Positions 49,186 to 57,588 of a stretch of 64,000 nt of DNA are shown here, piece by piece. Origin of the DNA: Flavobacteriales bacterium (lineage in GTDB: Bacteria; Bacteroidota; Bacteroidia; Flavobacteriales; UBA7312). Both the position numbers and the translations under genes were made by a program. Each line of letters opens with the position of its first letter. The stretch's first letter is position 1. The notes under the pieces were generated by a model, which saw only the letters and a program-made list of their open reading frames with translations, was not told where the DNA came from and did no database searches. The stretch is taken from NCBI GenBank assembly GCA_037625715.1, contig JASJHQ010000076.1:469-64468 (forward strand), in the 5' to 3' direction.

Positions 49186-51269
49186 GATAGTTCTAAAAAT
49201 ATTTTTTGTCCTTTCTGAATTCTACTTCCTTTAGTAATTGACTGAGATTTAACAGCCCCTCTACCCGAAAACATAACGTCTAAACCATAATTCTCAAGAA
49301 GAAAAAGCACATCTTGAATTGGCATACCAACTAAATTTGGCATTTTATTTTTGACAATATCATCTTCAATATTTCTTGTTTTCAACTCTATACGATCCTC
49401 TTTTGCGTAAGTCAGCACCCAATCAGATTGAATTTCTTGGGCATTTGTCTTAACCTCAATAGCCTTATATACTTCTTGAAGCTTAGCCTTATTGCCGTCT
49501 TTAGATATTGGCGTTTGCTCTGCGTATTGCTTGTTAGTTTCTATTAAAGAAAGATCGTTAGCAAAAACATAATCAGCCAACTCTTTAAAAACTGGTCCAG
49601 CAACTTCCCCCCCATAAAAACCATTTTTCTTAGGGTCTTTAACTACAACTATACAAGCATACTTTGGCTGATCTGCAGGAAAGTACCCAACAAATGAGGA
49701 TTGGTGTCTTTGTTTAGAATAAATACCTTCAATAAGTAATTGGGCTGTTCCTGTTTTACCCGCAATCTTGTATTTATCATTTTTAAGGTTTTCTGCCGTT
49801 CCATTTTCAACAACATTTAACATCATTTCTTTCACAATATCAATGGTTGTTTTGGAACATATTGATGGGTTGATTACCTGTGGTTTAATTTCTTTTTCTA
49901 TTTTGCCATTCTCCTGAATAGATTTAACAAAAAATGGACGCATTCTTTTTCCATCATTTGCAATTGCAGCATAAAAACTTAAAATTTGTAATGGTGTCAT
50001 TTCTATTCCATATCCAATAGACATCCACGGAAGTGTTGTTCCACTCCAGTTACTTTTATTTCCTTTAGGATGTAGAATATTAGGACTGCTTTCACCTGAG
50101 ATTAAAATATCTAAAGGTTCGTTTAAACCCATGCTATACAATCTATCTACAAATTGAGCCGGATTTTTAGAATAGTATTCGACAACTAGTTTTGAAATGC
50201 CAACATTAGAAGATTTCACAAATGCATCGGCTAAAGATAATTTTCCATAACCTCCTTTCTTGGTATCGTTCATAAACCTATCATAGAATTGATGAATTCC
50301 GTTGTAGGTGTTAACAGAGTCTTTAGTCTTAAAAAATCCATCTTCAAGACCAGCAATTAGAGATGCTAATTTAAAAGTAGATCCTGGGTCGGATAATTCG
50401 GCTATTGCGTAATTATAATCTTCAATTAAAGTTTCGTCTTCATTTTTCTTCAAGTTTACAATTGCCTTGATTTCTCCTGTTTGCACCTCCATAAGCACCA
50501 AACTGCCATAATCGGCATCATGACGAACTAAACAATTCTCTAGTGCATTTTCGGCAATGTCTTGAAATCTAATATTTAGAGTAGTAACAATGTCTTTTCC
50601 CGGTTTGGACTCTATTTCTCTAATAGGCATCCATTCATTTCCTGCTAATTTCTGCTTCAGAACTTCTCCGTCCTGTCCTTTTAGGTAAAAATTAAAGGCT
50701 CCTTCTAAGCCAACCGACTTAGAGTTTTTCCTATCGTAACCAATAGTTCTTTCTGCAAGACGCTTAAATGGTTTTTGTCTTTTATTTGTTTGGGAATAAA
50801 TAAAGCCACTTATCAATCTATTCTCTTCAAATATTGGAAAAGTTTTGAGGAGCTTTAATTGGTTGTAATCTACTTTTCTTCTAATTAGGCCGTACTGAGT
50901 TCCTTTGCTTTTATAGCTGCGCAATAATCGCTGGTATTCGGCTGCAGTTTTATCTTTAAACAAATCGGATAACTTAGTTGAAAGTTCGTCAATGTTTTTA
51001 TTGAAAAAGGATTTAGAAACCATTTTCGAATCCCAGTGTACTTCGTATTCTGGAATAGAGGTTGCTAATAAAGAATAATCATCAGAATATATATTCCCTC
51101 TTGGAGCGTTAACAGCCTCAGTCTTTATAATTTTATATTTCTCAGCACTCCATTTGCTAGATTCAAAAACCTGAGTATAAATAGTTCTAGACACAACTCC
51201 AATAGATAGAAGAATCATTACTAAATAAATTAGCACCGCTCTTCTTTTTATTTTCTTTGTGTGTATCAT
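49182..51269 (-). CDS. ftsI: Penicillin-binding protein (FtsI/PBP3-type transpeptidase)
   Basis: N-terminal TM, STFK active-site motif (PGSTFKLAS), SSN and KTGTA motifs, and a C-terminal PASTA-like tail. Confidence 0.93.
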   Translation of the reverse strand: MIHTKKIKRRAVLIYLVMILLSIGVVSRTIYTQVFESSKWSAEKYKIIKTEAVNAPRGNIYSDDYSLLATSIPEYEVHWDSKMVSKSFFNKNIDELSTKLSDLFKDKTAAEYQRLLRSYKSKGTQYGLIRRKVDYNQLKLLKTFPIFEENRLISGFIYSQTNKRQKPFKRLAERTIGYDRKNSKSVGLEGAFNFYLKGQDGEVLKQKLAGNEWMPIREIESKPGKDIVTTLNIRFQDIAENALENCLVRHDADYGSLVLMEVQTGEIKAIVNLKKNEDETLIEDYNYAIAELSDPGSTFKLASLIAGLEDGFFKTKDSVNTYNGIHQFYDRFMNDTKKGGYGKLSLADAFVKSSNVGISKLVVEYYSKNPAQFVDRLYSMGLNEPLDILISGESSPNILHPKGNKSNWSGTTLPWMSIGYGIEMTPLQILSFYAAIANDGKRMRPFFVKSIQENGKIEKEIKPQVINPSICSKTTIDIVKEMMLNVVENGTAENLKNDKYKIAGKTGTAQLLIEGIYSKQRHQSSFVGYFPADQPKYACIVVVKDPKKNGFYGGEVAGPVFKELADYVFANDLSLIETNKQYAEQTPISKDGNKAKLQEVYKAIEVKTNAQEIQSDWVLTYAKEDRIELKTRNIEDDIVKNKMPNLVGMPIQDVLFLLENYGLDVMFSGRGAVKSQSITKGSRIQKGQKIFLELS

Positions 51270-51272
51270 TTA

Positions 51273-51617
51273 TTATTTTATAAGCACAAATGGTTGGTCT
51301 TTTGTTGATCTCAAACCCTTATTATTTACTAATTTCTCAACCTCTGTTTGCTTGCTTACATACATAAGCTGAGACTTAGTTGTTATATGTTCTGATCTCA
51401 AATCCTTTAATTGTTTTTCAATTGTAGATATCTCTCTAACCAACTTTTCTGTCTTGTAAGAATTGCTGATATAAAACATAATCAGCAAACTTGAATAAAG
51501 AAGAAAAGGAGCAAATTGAGACAAACTTTTACCCTCTAAAGTTTTACCATTCAAAAACTCAATTAATAAGCTTTGAAGGTTATTTTTAGGATGATGGTTT
51601 TGTTTTAAATCTTTCAT
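51273..51617 (-). CDS. FtsL-like small bitopic cell division protein
   Basis: 114 aa with a single TM (FAPFLLYSSLLIMFYISNSY) followed by a coiled-coil-like segment. It sits in the rsmH-ftsI slot. Confidence 0.65.
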   Translation of the reverse strand: MKDLKQNHHPKNNLQSLLIEFLNGKTLEGKSLSQFAPFLLYSSLLIMFYISNSYKTEKLVREISTIEKQLKDLRSEHITTKSQLMYVSKQTEVEKLVNNKGLRSTKDQPFVLIK

Positions 51618-52513
51618 TATAACTTTTCACTAACTCTTAATTTCGCACTTCTAGCTCTAGAATTATGAATTATTTCTTCGTCGTTTGGCGCAATGGGTTT
51701 TCTATTAATAGCCTTCAAAGGCGTGTCTGCAACGCCATAAATATCCTTCACCAATTCGCCTTTAAAATTTCCTGACCTTACTAAGTGTTTAACCAATCTA
51801 TCTTCCAATGAGTGGTAAGAAATAACCGATAATCTACCTCCTGGGTTTAATAAATCTACCGCTTGAAGCAACATTTCTTTTAGAGAGCCAAGTTCATCGT
51901 TTACTTCAATTCGAATGGCTTGAAATAATTGAGCTAAAATTTTATTGCTTTTATGAGGAGGAGTATGAGATTTAACTGCAATTTTTAAATCTTCTGTAGT
52001 TTTTATTTCTTGGTTTTGCCTAAAGTCAACGATAGCTTTAGCCAAGGCGAAAGCGTTATTTAACTCACCATACAATTTGAATATCTTAGATAACTCATCG
52101 AGCTCGTACTCATTGATTAATTCTTTTGCAGATAAAGCTTGGTTTTGATTCATTCTCATATCAAGATCTCCATCAAATCGAATAGAAAAACCTCTGTCAG
52201 CCTGATCAAATTGATGAGATGAAACACCTAAATCTGCTAAAACACCATCTACTTTGGTAACGCCATTCAAACGCAAAAACTTTTTTAAAAATCGAAAGTT
52301 TTCAGGAATTAGAACTAAACGCTCATCCTTAATAAGATTCGAGCTGGCATCGCTATCTTGATCGAAAGCAAATAGTTTGCCATTTTCTAATTTTTGTAAT
52401 ATTAGCTTAGAATGACCTCCGCCGCCATAAGTAACATCAATGTAAATTCCGTTTGGTTTGATATTGAGTCCCTCAATGCTTTGGTTTAGTAAGACTGACT
52501 CGTGATAATTCAT
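51617..52513 (-). CDS. rsmH: 16S rRNA (cytosine1402-N4)-methyltransferase
   Basis: HESVLLNQSIEGL, DVTYGGGGHS and DLGVSSHQFD motifs. Confidence 0.96.
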   Translation of the reverse strand: MNYHESVLLNQSIEGLNIKPNGIYIDVTYGGGGHSKLILQKLENGKLFAFDQDSDASSNLIKDERLVLIPENFRFLKKFLRLNGVTKVDGVLADLGVSSHQFDQADRGFSIRFDGDLDMRMNQNQALSAKELINEYELDELSKIFKLYGELNNAFALAKAIVDFRQNQEIKTTEDLKIAVKSHTPPHKSNKILAQLFQAIRIEVNDELGSLKEMLLQAVDLLNPGGRLSVISYHSLEDRLVKHLVRSGNFKGELVKDIYGVADTPLKAINRKPIAPNDEEIIHNSRARSAKLRVSEKL

Positions 52514-52974
52514 TAATCTAGATTTTGAGTGTCTCCCATAACATCTTCTGCTAATTGAGCAAAATCAGGAGTAGCAATTTCTAACTCATGTTCGTATTTG
52601 TCTTTATCCCAAATTTCAATCATGTTAACTGAGCTAGACAAGACAATATCTTTTTGAATTCCAGCAAATGAAACAAGGTCTTTTGGCAATTGTATTCGGG
52701 CTGTTGAGTCAGCCTCTATTGATTTAACACCAGCAGTAAACAATCGAATAAAATCATTATTCTTTTTAATAAATCGATTTAACTTGTTGACTTCTGACAT
52801 TAAATTATTCCACTCACTCATGGGATGTAACTCTAGGCAATTACTAAAAACAGATCGTTTAATAATAAAACCATTAGATAAAATAGGAGACAATTGCTTC
52901 TTTAAAGCTGCAGGTATCATTACCCTAGCCTTAGAATCAATTTTACATTCGTATGTCCCTACAATGTTTATCAT
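52513..52974 (-). CDS. mraZ: Division/cell wall cluster transcriptional regulator MraZ
   Basis: Two SpoVT/AbrB-like repeats (DSKARVMIP and DSTARIQLP). The start is moved to ATG 52974 (MINIVGTYECKID). Confidence 0.92.
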   Translation of the reverse strand: MINIVGTYECKIDSKARVMIPAALKKQLSPILSNGFIIKRSVFSNCLELHPMSEWNNLMSEVNKLNRFIKKNNDFIRLFTAGVKSIEADSTARIQLPKDLVSFAGIQKDIVLSSSVNMIEIWDKDKYEHELEIATPDFAQLAEDVMGDTQNLD

Positions 52975-52989
52975 AATTACATTAAAGGG

Positions 52990-52997
52990 TAAATATA
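52990..52997 (-). promoter_or_regulatory. -7-like box tatattta (7/8 match to TAnnTTTG) for mraZ/dcw operon
   Basis: It lies 15 nt upstream of the mraZ ATG at 52974. Confidence 0.4.
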
Positions 52998-53009
52998 TTG
53001 ATTTTTTTA

Positions 53010-53036
53010 CCACTTTCTACCACTTTCTACCACTTT
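53010..53036 (-). promoter_or_regulatory. Three direct AAAGTGG repeats at 10-bp phasing upstream of mraZ (candidate MraZ operator)
   Basis: The minus strand reads aacAAAGTGGtagAAAGTGGtagAAAGTGGtaa. The repeats lie 12 nt upstream of a -7-like box and 36-62 nt upstream of the mraZ ATG. Confidence 0.65.
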
Positions 53037-53116
53037 GTTAAAAACTTCTTTTCAGCGAATAAAATCACTCTTTAAAAAAGTAAAATTGGAATTGTTTTTA
53101 ACTGATAAATTTTGCT

Positions 53117-53124
53117 TATTTTTG
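53117..53124 (+). promoter_or_regulatory. -7 box TAnnTTTG (tatttttg) upstream of alpha/beta hydrolase-engB
   Basis: Exact match, 17 nt upstream of GTG 53142. Confidence 0.5.
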
Positions 53125-53141
53125 ATTAAATTATTTTTCAA

Positions 53142-53906
53142 GTGAACATCGATACTATACAAGAAGGCGGATTCGAATATGTTGAGAAGGGCGAAGGACC
53201 TGTTGTTATTCTACTCCATGGTCTTATGGGTGGTCTTGACAATTTCGAAGACTTAATTATTGAGCTGCCAAAGTACGGATACAAAGTGGTTGGACCTTTA
53301 CTTCCTTTATTTGAAAAGCCGCTTCTTAAAACATCTATCAAGCATTTCACAAAATACATTCACGAATTCGTACAGTATAAAGGATATCAAGATATTACCC
53401 TAATCGGAAACTCATTAGGAGGTCACATATCGTTAGTTTTCACTAAAAATCATCCAGAATTAGTTAAGCGCCTTGTACTAACAGGAAGTTCAGGATTATA
53501 CGAAAATACGATGGGCGATTCTTTCCCCAGAAGAGGTGATTACGAATATATCAAAACCAAAACAGAGGAAGTTTTTTACGACCCTAAAATGGCTACTAAA
53601 AACCTAGTAGATAAAGTATTTGCTATTGCAAACAATAGAGAGTCTGTTATAAGACTACTTGCAATGGCTAAGTCAGCTATTCGACACAACATGAGTGCTG
53701 ACATACCAAATATTGAAATACCAGTTTGCTTAATTTGGGGTAAACAAGACGGAGTAACACCTCCTCATGTGGCAGAAGAATTTCATAAACTATTCCCTTC
53801 TTCAGAATTGTTTTGGCTCGACAAATGTGGCCATTCACCAATGTGGGAACATCCGAAACTATTCACAGAAACATTAAGTAATTGGCTATCTAAAAACGCT
53901 ATTTAA
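53142..53906 (+). CDS. Alpha/beta-fold hydrolase
   Basis: HGLMGG oxyanion region, nucleophile elbow GNSLGGH and C-terminal CGHSPMWE. The start is GTG. Confidence 0.85.
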   Translation: MNIDTIQEGGFEYVEKGEGPVVILLHGLMGGLDNFEDLIIELPKYGYKVVGPLLPLFEKPLLKTSIKHFTKYIHEFVQYKGYQDITLIGNSLGGHISLVFTKNHPELVKRLVLTGSSGLYENTMGDSFPRRGDYEYIKTKTEEVFYDPKMATKNLVDKVFAIANNRESVIRLLAMAKSAIRHNMSADIPNIEIPVCLIWGKQDGVTPPHVAEEFHKLFPSSELFWLDKCGHSPMWEHPKLFTETLSNWLSKNAI

Positions 53907-53910
53907 ACTA

Positions 53911-54510
53911 ATGATAGTTAAACAATCTGAGTTTGTCATTAGTAATACAGACATCAAAAAGTGCCCCTCACCAACTATACCAGAATACGCTTTTATAGGC
54001 CGATCTAACGTCGGGAAATCTTCTCTTATAAACTCTATTACAAAAAGGAAAAGCCTAGCTAAGATATCAGGAAAGCCAGGTAAAACTCAGCTTATTAACC
54101 ACTTCATTATAAACGAATCGTGGTATTTGGTTGACCTGCCAGGATATGGTTATGCATCAGTGTCAAAAAAGCAACGACTAGAATTTGCGAAGTTTATAAG
54201 AACCTACCTACTAGAAAGAAAAAATTTAATGTGTCTTTTTGTTTTAATAGACAGTAGGCTCAAGCCACAAAAGATTGACTTTGAATTTATGACTTGGCTT
54301 GGGGAAGTAAACATTGCATTTGTTATCTGTTTTACAAAACTAGATAAGCTATCTAAAACTGTTGCTCAGAAAAATATAACATTTTATAAAGAAGAAATGT
54401 TAAAAACATGGGAAGAACTTCCTCAAATGTTTTACACCTCATCCGTTAAAGAAATGGGTCAGAAAGAAATTCTATCCTTTATAGGAGACACAAATACTTT
54501 ATTTCAATAA
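53911..54510 (+). CDS. engB: Ribosome biogenesis GTP-binding protein YihA/EngB
   Basis: GRSNVGKSSLIN (G1), DLPGYGY (G3) and TKLDK (G4). Confidence 0.93.
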   Translation: MIVKQSEFVISNTDIKKCPSPTIPEYAFIGRSNVGKSSLINSITKRKSLAKISGKPGKTQLINHFIINESWYLVDLPGYGYASVSKKQRLEFAKFIRTYLLERKNLMCLFVLIDSRLKPQKIDFEFMTWLGEVNIAFVICFTKLDKLSKTVAQKNITFYKEEMLKTWEELPQMFYTSSVKEMGQKEILSFIGDTNTLFQ

Positions 54511-54819
54511 CTTATCAGAAAAATGATGGCAAAAATCTCTAAGATCTCCAGCCATTTTTTCTTCTCCAATCGCTCTCTCTAAAGTATCTGACATAGACAA
54601 TAATGTTTGGTGAAAGAAATGTTTCATTTCATCAGACTCCATGTCTTTTGTCCATAAATCAATACGTAGAGTCTCTTTTGTTTTAAGGTCCCAAAAGGAA
54701 AGAAAAGCCGCTTTAGATTCGCTTAAATCTTGAGCACCATCTGTTGCTTCCCACTGTAATTTCTCGGGAATATTATTCTCATCTAAAGAGACATTTACTA
54801 TAATTTTAGATTCTTTCAT
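54499..54819 (-). CDS. gldC: Gliding motility protein GldC
   Basis: 106 aa with LRIDLWTKDM..EMKHFFHQTL. It lies immediately downstream of gldB and overlaps it by 4 nt, the known gldB-gldC arrangement. Confidence 0.75.
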   Translation of the reverse strand: MKESKIIVNVSLDENNIPEKLQWEATDGAQDLSESKAAFLSFWDLKTKETLRIDLWTKDMESDEMKHFFHQTLLSMSDTLERAIGEEKMAGDLRDFCHHFSDKLLK

Positions 54820-55778
54820 TGTGCTTTGTATTTAGATTGTTGAAGGATAAATTGGGCGTCTTGAATAAGCATTAATTCTTGTACGCTTATCTCAGGATTG
54901 TTTTTCATAAATTTCTTAACTATCTGGAGTCCAACCCAATTAACTAGCTGTCCTGGAGACTCTGCTGGCATTCCTCTTGAGCTTGGAGCAGGATTAATAA
55001 ATTTATCAATTTCTGATTTATCATTTGAATAGAGCAATGCTTTTGTGATAAGATGTTTCCAAATAGAATACTCACTTAATTGGCACCACTCTAATTGGTC
55101 TTTAGTATACCCCATTACAATATGCTCTTGCTTATCCACTAGCTGAGATAGAACATATTTTATTTTACCTTGATGAATAATATTTGTCAAAAAATTACCT
55201 CTAGACAATGGGAATTCTGAACTAATCCATTCATTCATTGCCAGCGAGACCATATATTGAGAATTAAATTGATGGTGCATATATGGCGGATACTTAAAAC
55301 TCAAATCAGAATAATAAGAGGAACCCAAAAACATTTCAAGACCAATAGCAAGAGTGCTATCATTTACTGCAAGAGGGAAATTAAAAGCCCCGAAATAAGT
55401 CACTAACTTTGGAAGGTGTTTATCAGGGAAAAAACCAGCATAATTTACAACAGCATTATTTAACTCCAACTCGTAAGAATCAAAATCCTGGTAATTCTTT
55501 TGTATTAAATCAATCGCTTCAATAAACTTTTCGTGCGACTTCATTTTTCTTAGAAAAAGATTGAAATCCTCATTAGGTGGTAAATAGACTATCCTTTCTT
55601 TGTAATCATCAAAGAAGTCGCCATAAATTAACTTCAAACTATCTTGATCAAAATCTTTGTCATCAGCAAAAAACAAAACTTCCATATGGGAAACAGGATA
55701 GACTATATCTTTGGACTGATCAAATTTACAGCCACAAAAACATAAAACGACAACACTTATTAATATGTAATTTTTCAC
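54816..55778 (-). CDS. gldB: Gliding motility lipoprotein GldB
   Basis: 320 aa with a lipoprotein signal MKNYILISVVVLCFCGC. Its size and its pairing with gldC, divergent from nadE, fit gldB. The start is GTG. Confidence 0.75.
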   Translation of the reverse strand: MKNYILISVVVLCFCGCKFDQSKDIVYPVSHMEVLFFADDKDFDQDSLKLIYGDFFDDYKERIVYLPPNEDFNLFLRKMKSHEKFIEAIDLIQKNYQDFDSYELELNNAVVNYAGFFPDKHLPKLVTYFGAFNFPLAVNDSTLAIGLEMFLGSSYYSDLSFKYPPYMHHQFNSQYMVSLAMNEWISSEFPLSRGNFLTNIIHQGKIKYVLSQLVDKQEHIVMGYTKDQLEWCQLSEYSIWKHLITKALLYSNDKSEIDKFINPAPSSRGMPAESPGQLVNWVGLQIVKKFMKNNPEISVQELMLIQDAQFILQQSKYKAQ

Positions 55779-55798
55779 CCGATAAAACTACAATTTAT

Positions 55799-55806
55799 TA
55801 CCTTTG
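55799..55806 (+). promoter_or_regulatory. -7 box TAnnTTTG (tacctttg), 7 nt before nadE ATG (leaderless geometry)
   Basis: Exact match; tgtcaat lies between the box and ATG 55814. Confidence 0.5.
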
Positions 55807-55813
55807 TGTCAAT

Positions 55814-56584
55814 ATGAAAAATCAAGATATTATTGTATTTATCACTGAGTGGATGCAGCAATATGTTAAACAAGCAAACTCCAACGGTTTTGTCGTAGGA
55901 GTTTCGGGAGGGATTGACTCAGCTCTTACCTCTACTTTAGCTGCTAAAACAGGAAAGAAAGTTCTTTGTGTAGAAATGCCTATACAACAAGAAAAAGAAC
56001 AGATAATTAGAGCCAACGAACATATTAATTGGTTAAAATCTAATTTTAACAATGTTGAATCTATAACTATGGATCTTAGTGATCTTTACGATCAATTTGT
56101 TAAATCTGTAGACGGTGATAAAAACTCTGAAAATTATAAAATTGCATTAGTAAACTCTAGAGCAAGGCTAAGAATGACAAGCTTATATTACTTGGCACAA
56201 TTAAATAATTTATTAGTCGCTGGAACAGGAAACAAGGTGGAAGATTTCGGTATTGGATTCTTTACTAAGTATGGAGATGGAGGAGTTGATTTAAGTCCAA
56301 TTGCCGATTTATTAAAAACAGAAGTTTATTCTTTATGCGAAACCTTAGGGGTTGCAAATTCTATTTTGGTTGCTCCACCAACAGATGGACTTTGGGGCGA
56401 TGACAGAACAGATGAAGATCAAATTGGGGCTTCTTATCCAGAATTAGAATGGGCAATGGGTTTTAAAGGAGATATAAATACCATCAGTGATCGTCAGAAA
56501 GTAGTTCTAGAAATCTACACACAATTTAACAGCAGAAATAAGCATAAAATGATTGCAATTCCTGTTTGCGAAATCCCTAGATAA
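55814..56584 (+). CDS. nadE: NH3-dependent NAD+ synthetase
   Basis: PP-loop VVGVSGGIDSA. The start is moved to ATG 55814 (MKNQDIIVFITEW), because the track start at 55577 runs antisense through gldB. Confidence 0.93.
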   Translation: MKNQDIIVFITEWMQQYVKQANSNGFVVGVSGGIDSALTSTLAAKTGKKVLCVEMPIQQEKEQIIRANEHINWLKSNFNNVESITMDLSDLYDQFVKSVDGDKNSENYKIALVNSRARLRMTSLYYLAQLNNLLVAGTGNKVEDFGIGFFTKYGDGGVDLSPIADLLKTEVYSLCETLGVANSILVAPPTDGLWGDDRTDEDQIGASYPELEWAMGFKGDINTISDRQKVVLEIYTQFNSRNKHKMIAIPVCEIPR

Positions 56585-56586
56585 GA

Positions 56587-57588
56587 TTAATCTACCGTCC
56601 AGCTATTGTTGCCGCTCAACAAATCATCCAGATTTCCTTCGCCTTTAAGCTCAATAGATTTATCTATCTGATTATGCAATGCATCTTCGTAACATTCTCT
56701 TTGCTCACAATACAATACACCAAAAGGCCTTGGCAAATCATTATCAAAGAAACGACTTAACAACCCAGCTTTTGCCTGATCAGTTTCATCATGAATCCAC
56801 AAGTCTTCTTTAGAGTACTCATCCATAGAAACCACTTTAGGTTTTAATCCATCAAGAACAATTCCTTTATCATGATTTTCGCCAAATAACAAAGGCTGTC
56901 CATGCTCTAAAAATAAAGTTTGATTTTCTTTAGTTTGTTTGTCAGTCATTCCAAAAAATGCACCATCGTTAAAGACGTTACAATTCTGATAAATTTCCAA
57001 CAAAGAAGTACCTTTATGATCATTAGATCTTTTAAGCATTTCTCTTAAATGCTTTGGGTCTCTGTCGATAGTTCTAGCAACAAAAGTAGAATCAGCACCT
57101 AAACACAATGCTAATGGGTTAAAAGGATGGTCAATGGATCCCATAGGAGTCGACTTAGTCTTTTTACCTTGTTCCGAGGTTGGAGAGTACTGTCCTTTTG
57201 TTAAACCATAAATCTGGTTATTAAATAACAAAATATTTGTGTCAAAATTTCTTCTAAGTAAGTGAATCAGATGATTTCCACCAATAGATAGAGAGTCGCC
57301 ATCTCCAGTAATTATCCAAACACTTAAGTCAGGGCGTGAAGCTTTTAAACCACTTGCAATAGCAGTTGCTCTTCCATGAATTGAATGCATTCCATAAGTA
57401 TTCATATAATAAGGAAACCTTGAAGAGCAGCCTATCCCTGAAATAAACACAATATCCTCTTTAGGAACATTTATTTCTGGCATAACAGACTGCACCTGCT
57501 TCAATATGGAATAATCTCCACATCCAGGACACCATCGAACTTCCTGATCAGTAGCAAAATCTTTTGAGGTATATATATTATTCTCCAT
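56587..57588 (-). CDS. korB: 2-oxoglutarate:ferredoxin oxidoreductase, beta (TPP-binding) subunit
   Basis: WCPGCGDYS and the TPP motif ITGDGDSLSIGGNH. Confidence 0.88.
   Translation of the reverse strand: MENNIYTSKDFATDQEVRWCPGCGDYSILKQVQSVMPEINVPKEDIVFISGIGCSSRFPYYMNTYGMHSIHGRATAIASGLKASRPDLSVWIITGDGDSLSIGGNHLIHLLRRNFDTNILLFNNQIYGLTKGQYSPTSEQGKKTKSTPMGSIDHPFNPLALCLGADSTFVARTIDRDPKHLREMLKRSNDHKGTSLLEIYQNCNVFNDGAFFGMTDKQTKENQTLFLEHGQPLLFGENHDKGIVLDGLKPKVVSMDEYSKEDLWIHDETDQAKAGLLSRFFDNDLPRPFGVLYCEQRECYEDALHNQIDKSIELKGEGNLDDLLSGNNSWTVD

Noticed and set aside
1076-55813. N-terminal extensions implied by the track's longest-ORF starts: 1076 (recQ), 9425 (kynU), 10293 (UbiA-like), 17220 (B2), 19188 (A2), 25207 (SprT-like), 30511 (MFS), 33968 (mutY), 53013 (mraZ), 55577 (nadE).
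   Set aside because: The extensions use TTG or GTG, or run through upstream genes, terminator hairpins or -7 boxes. They also place non-family residues in front of clean family N-termini or signal peptides. Downstream ATGs were used instead.
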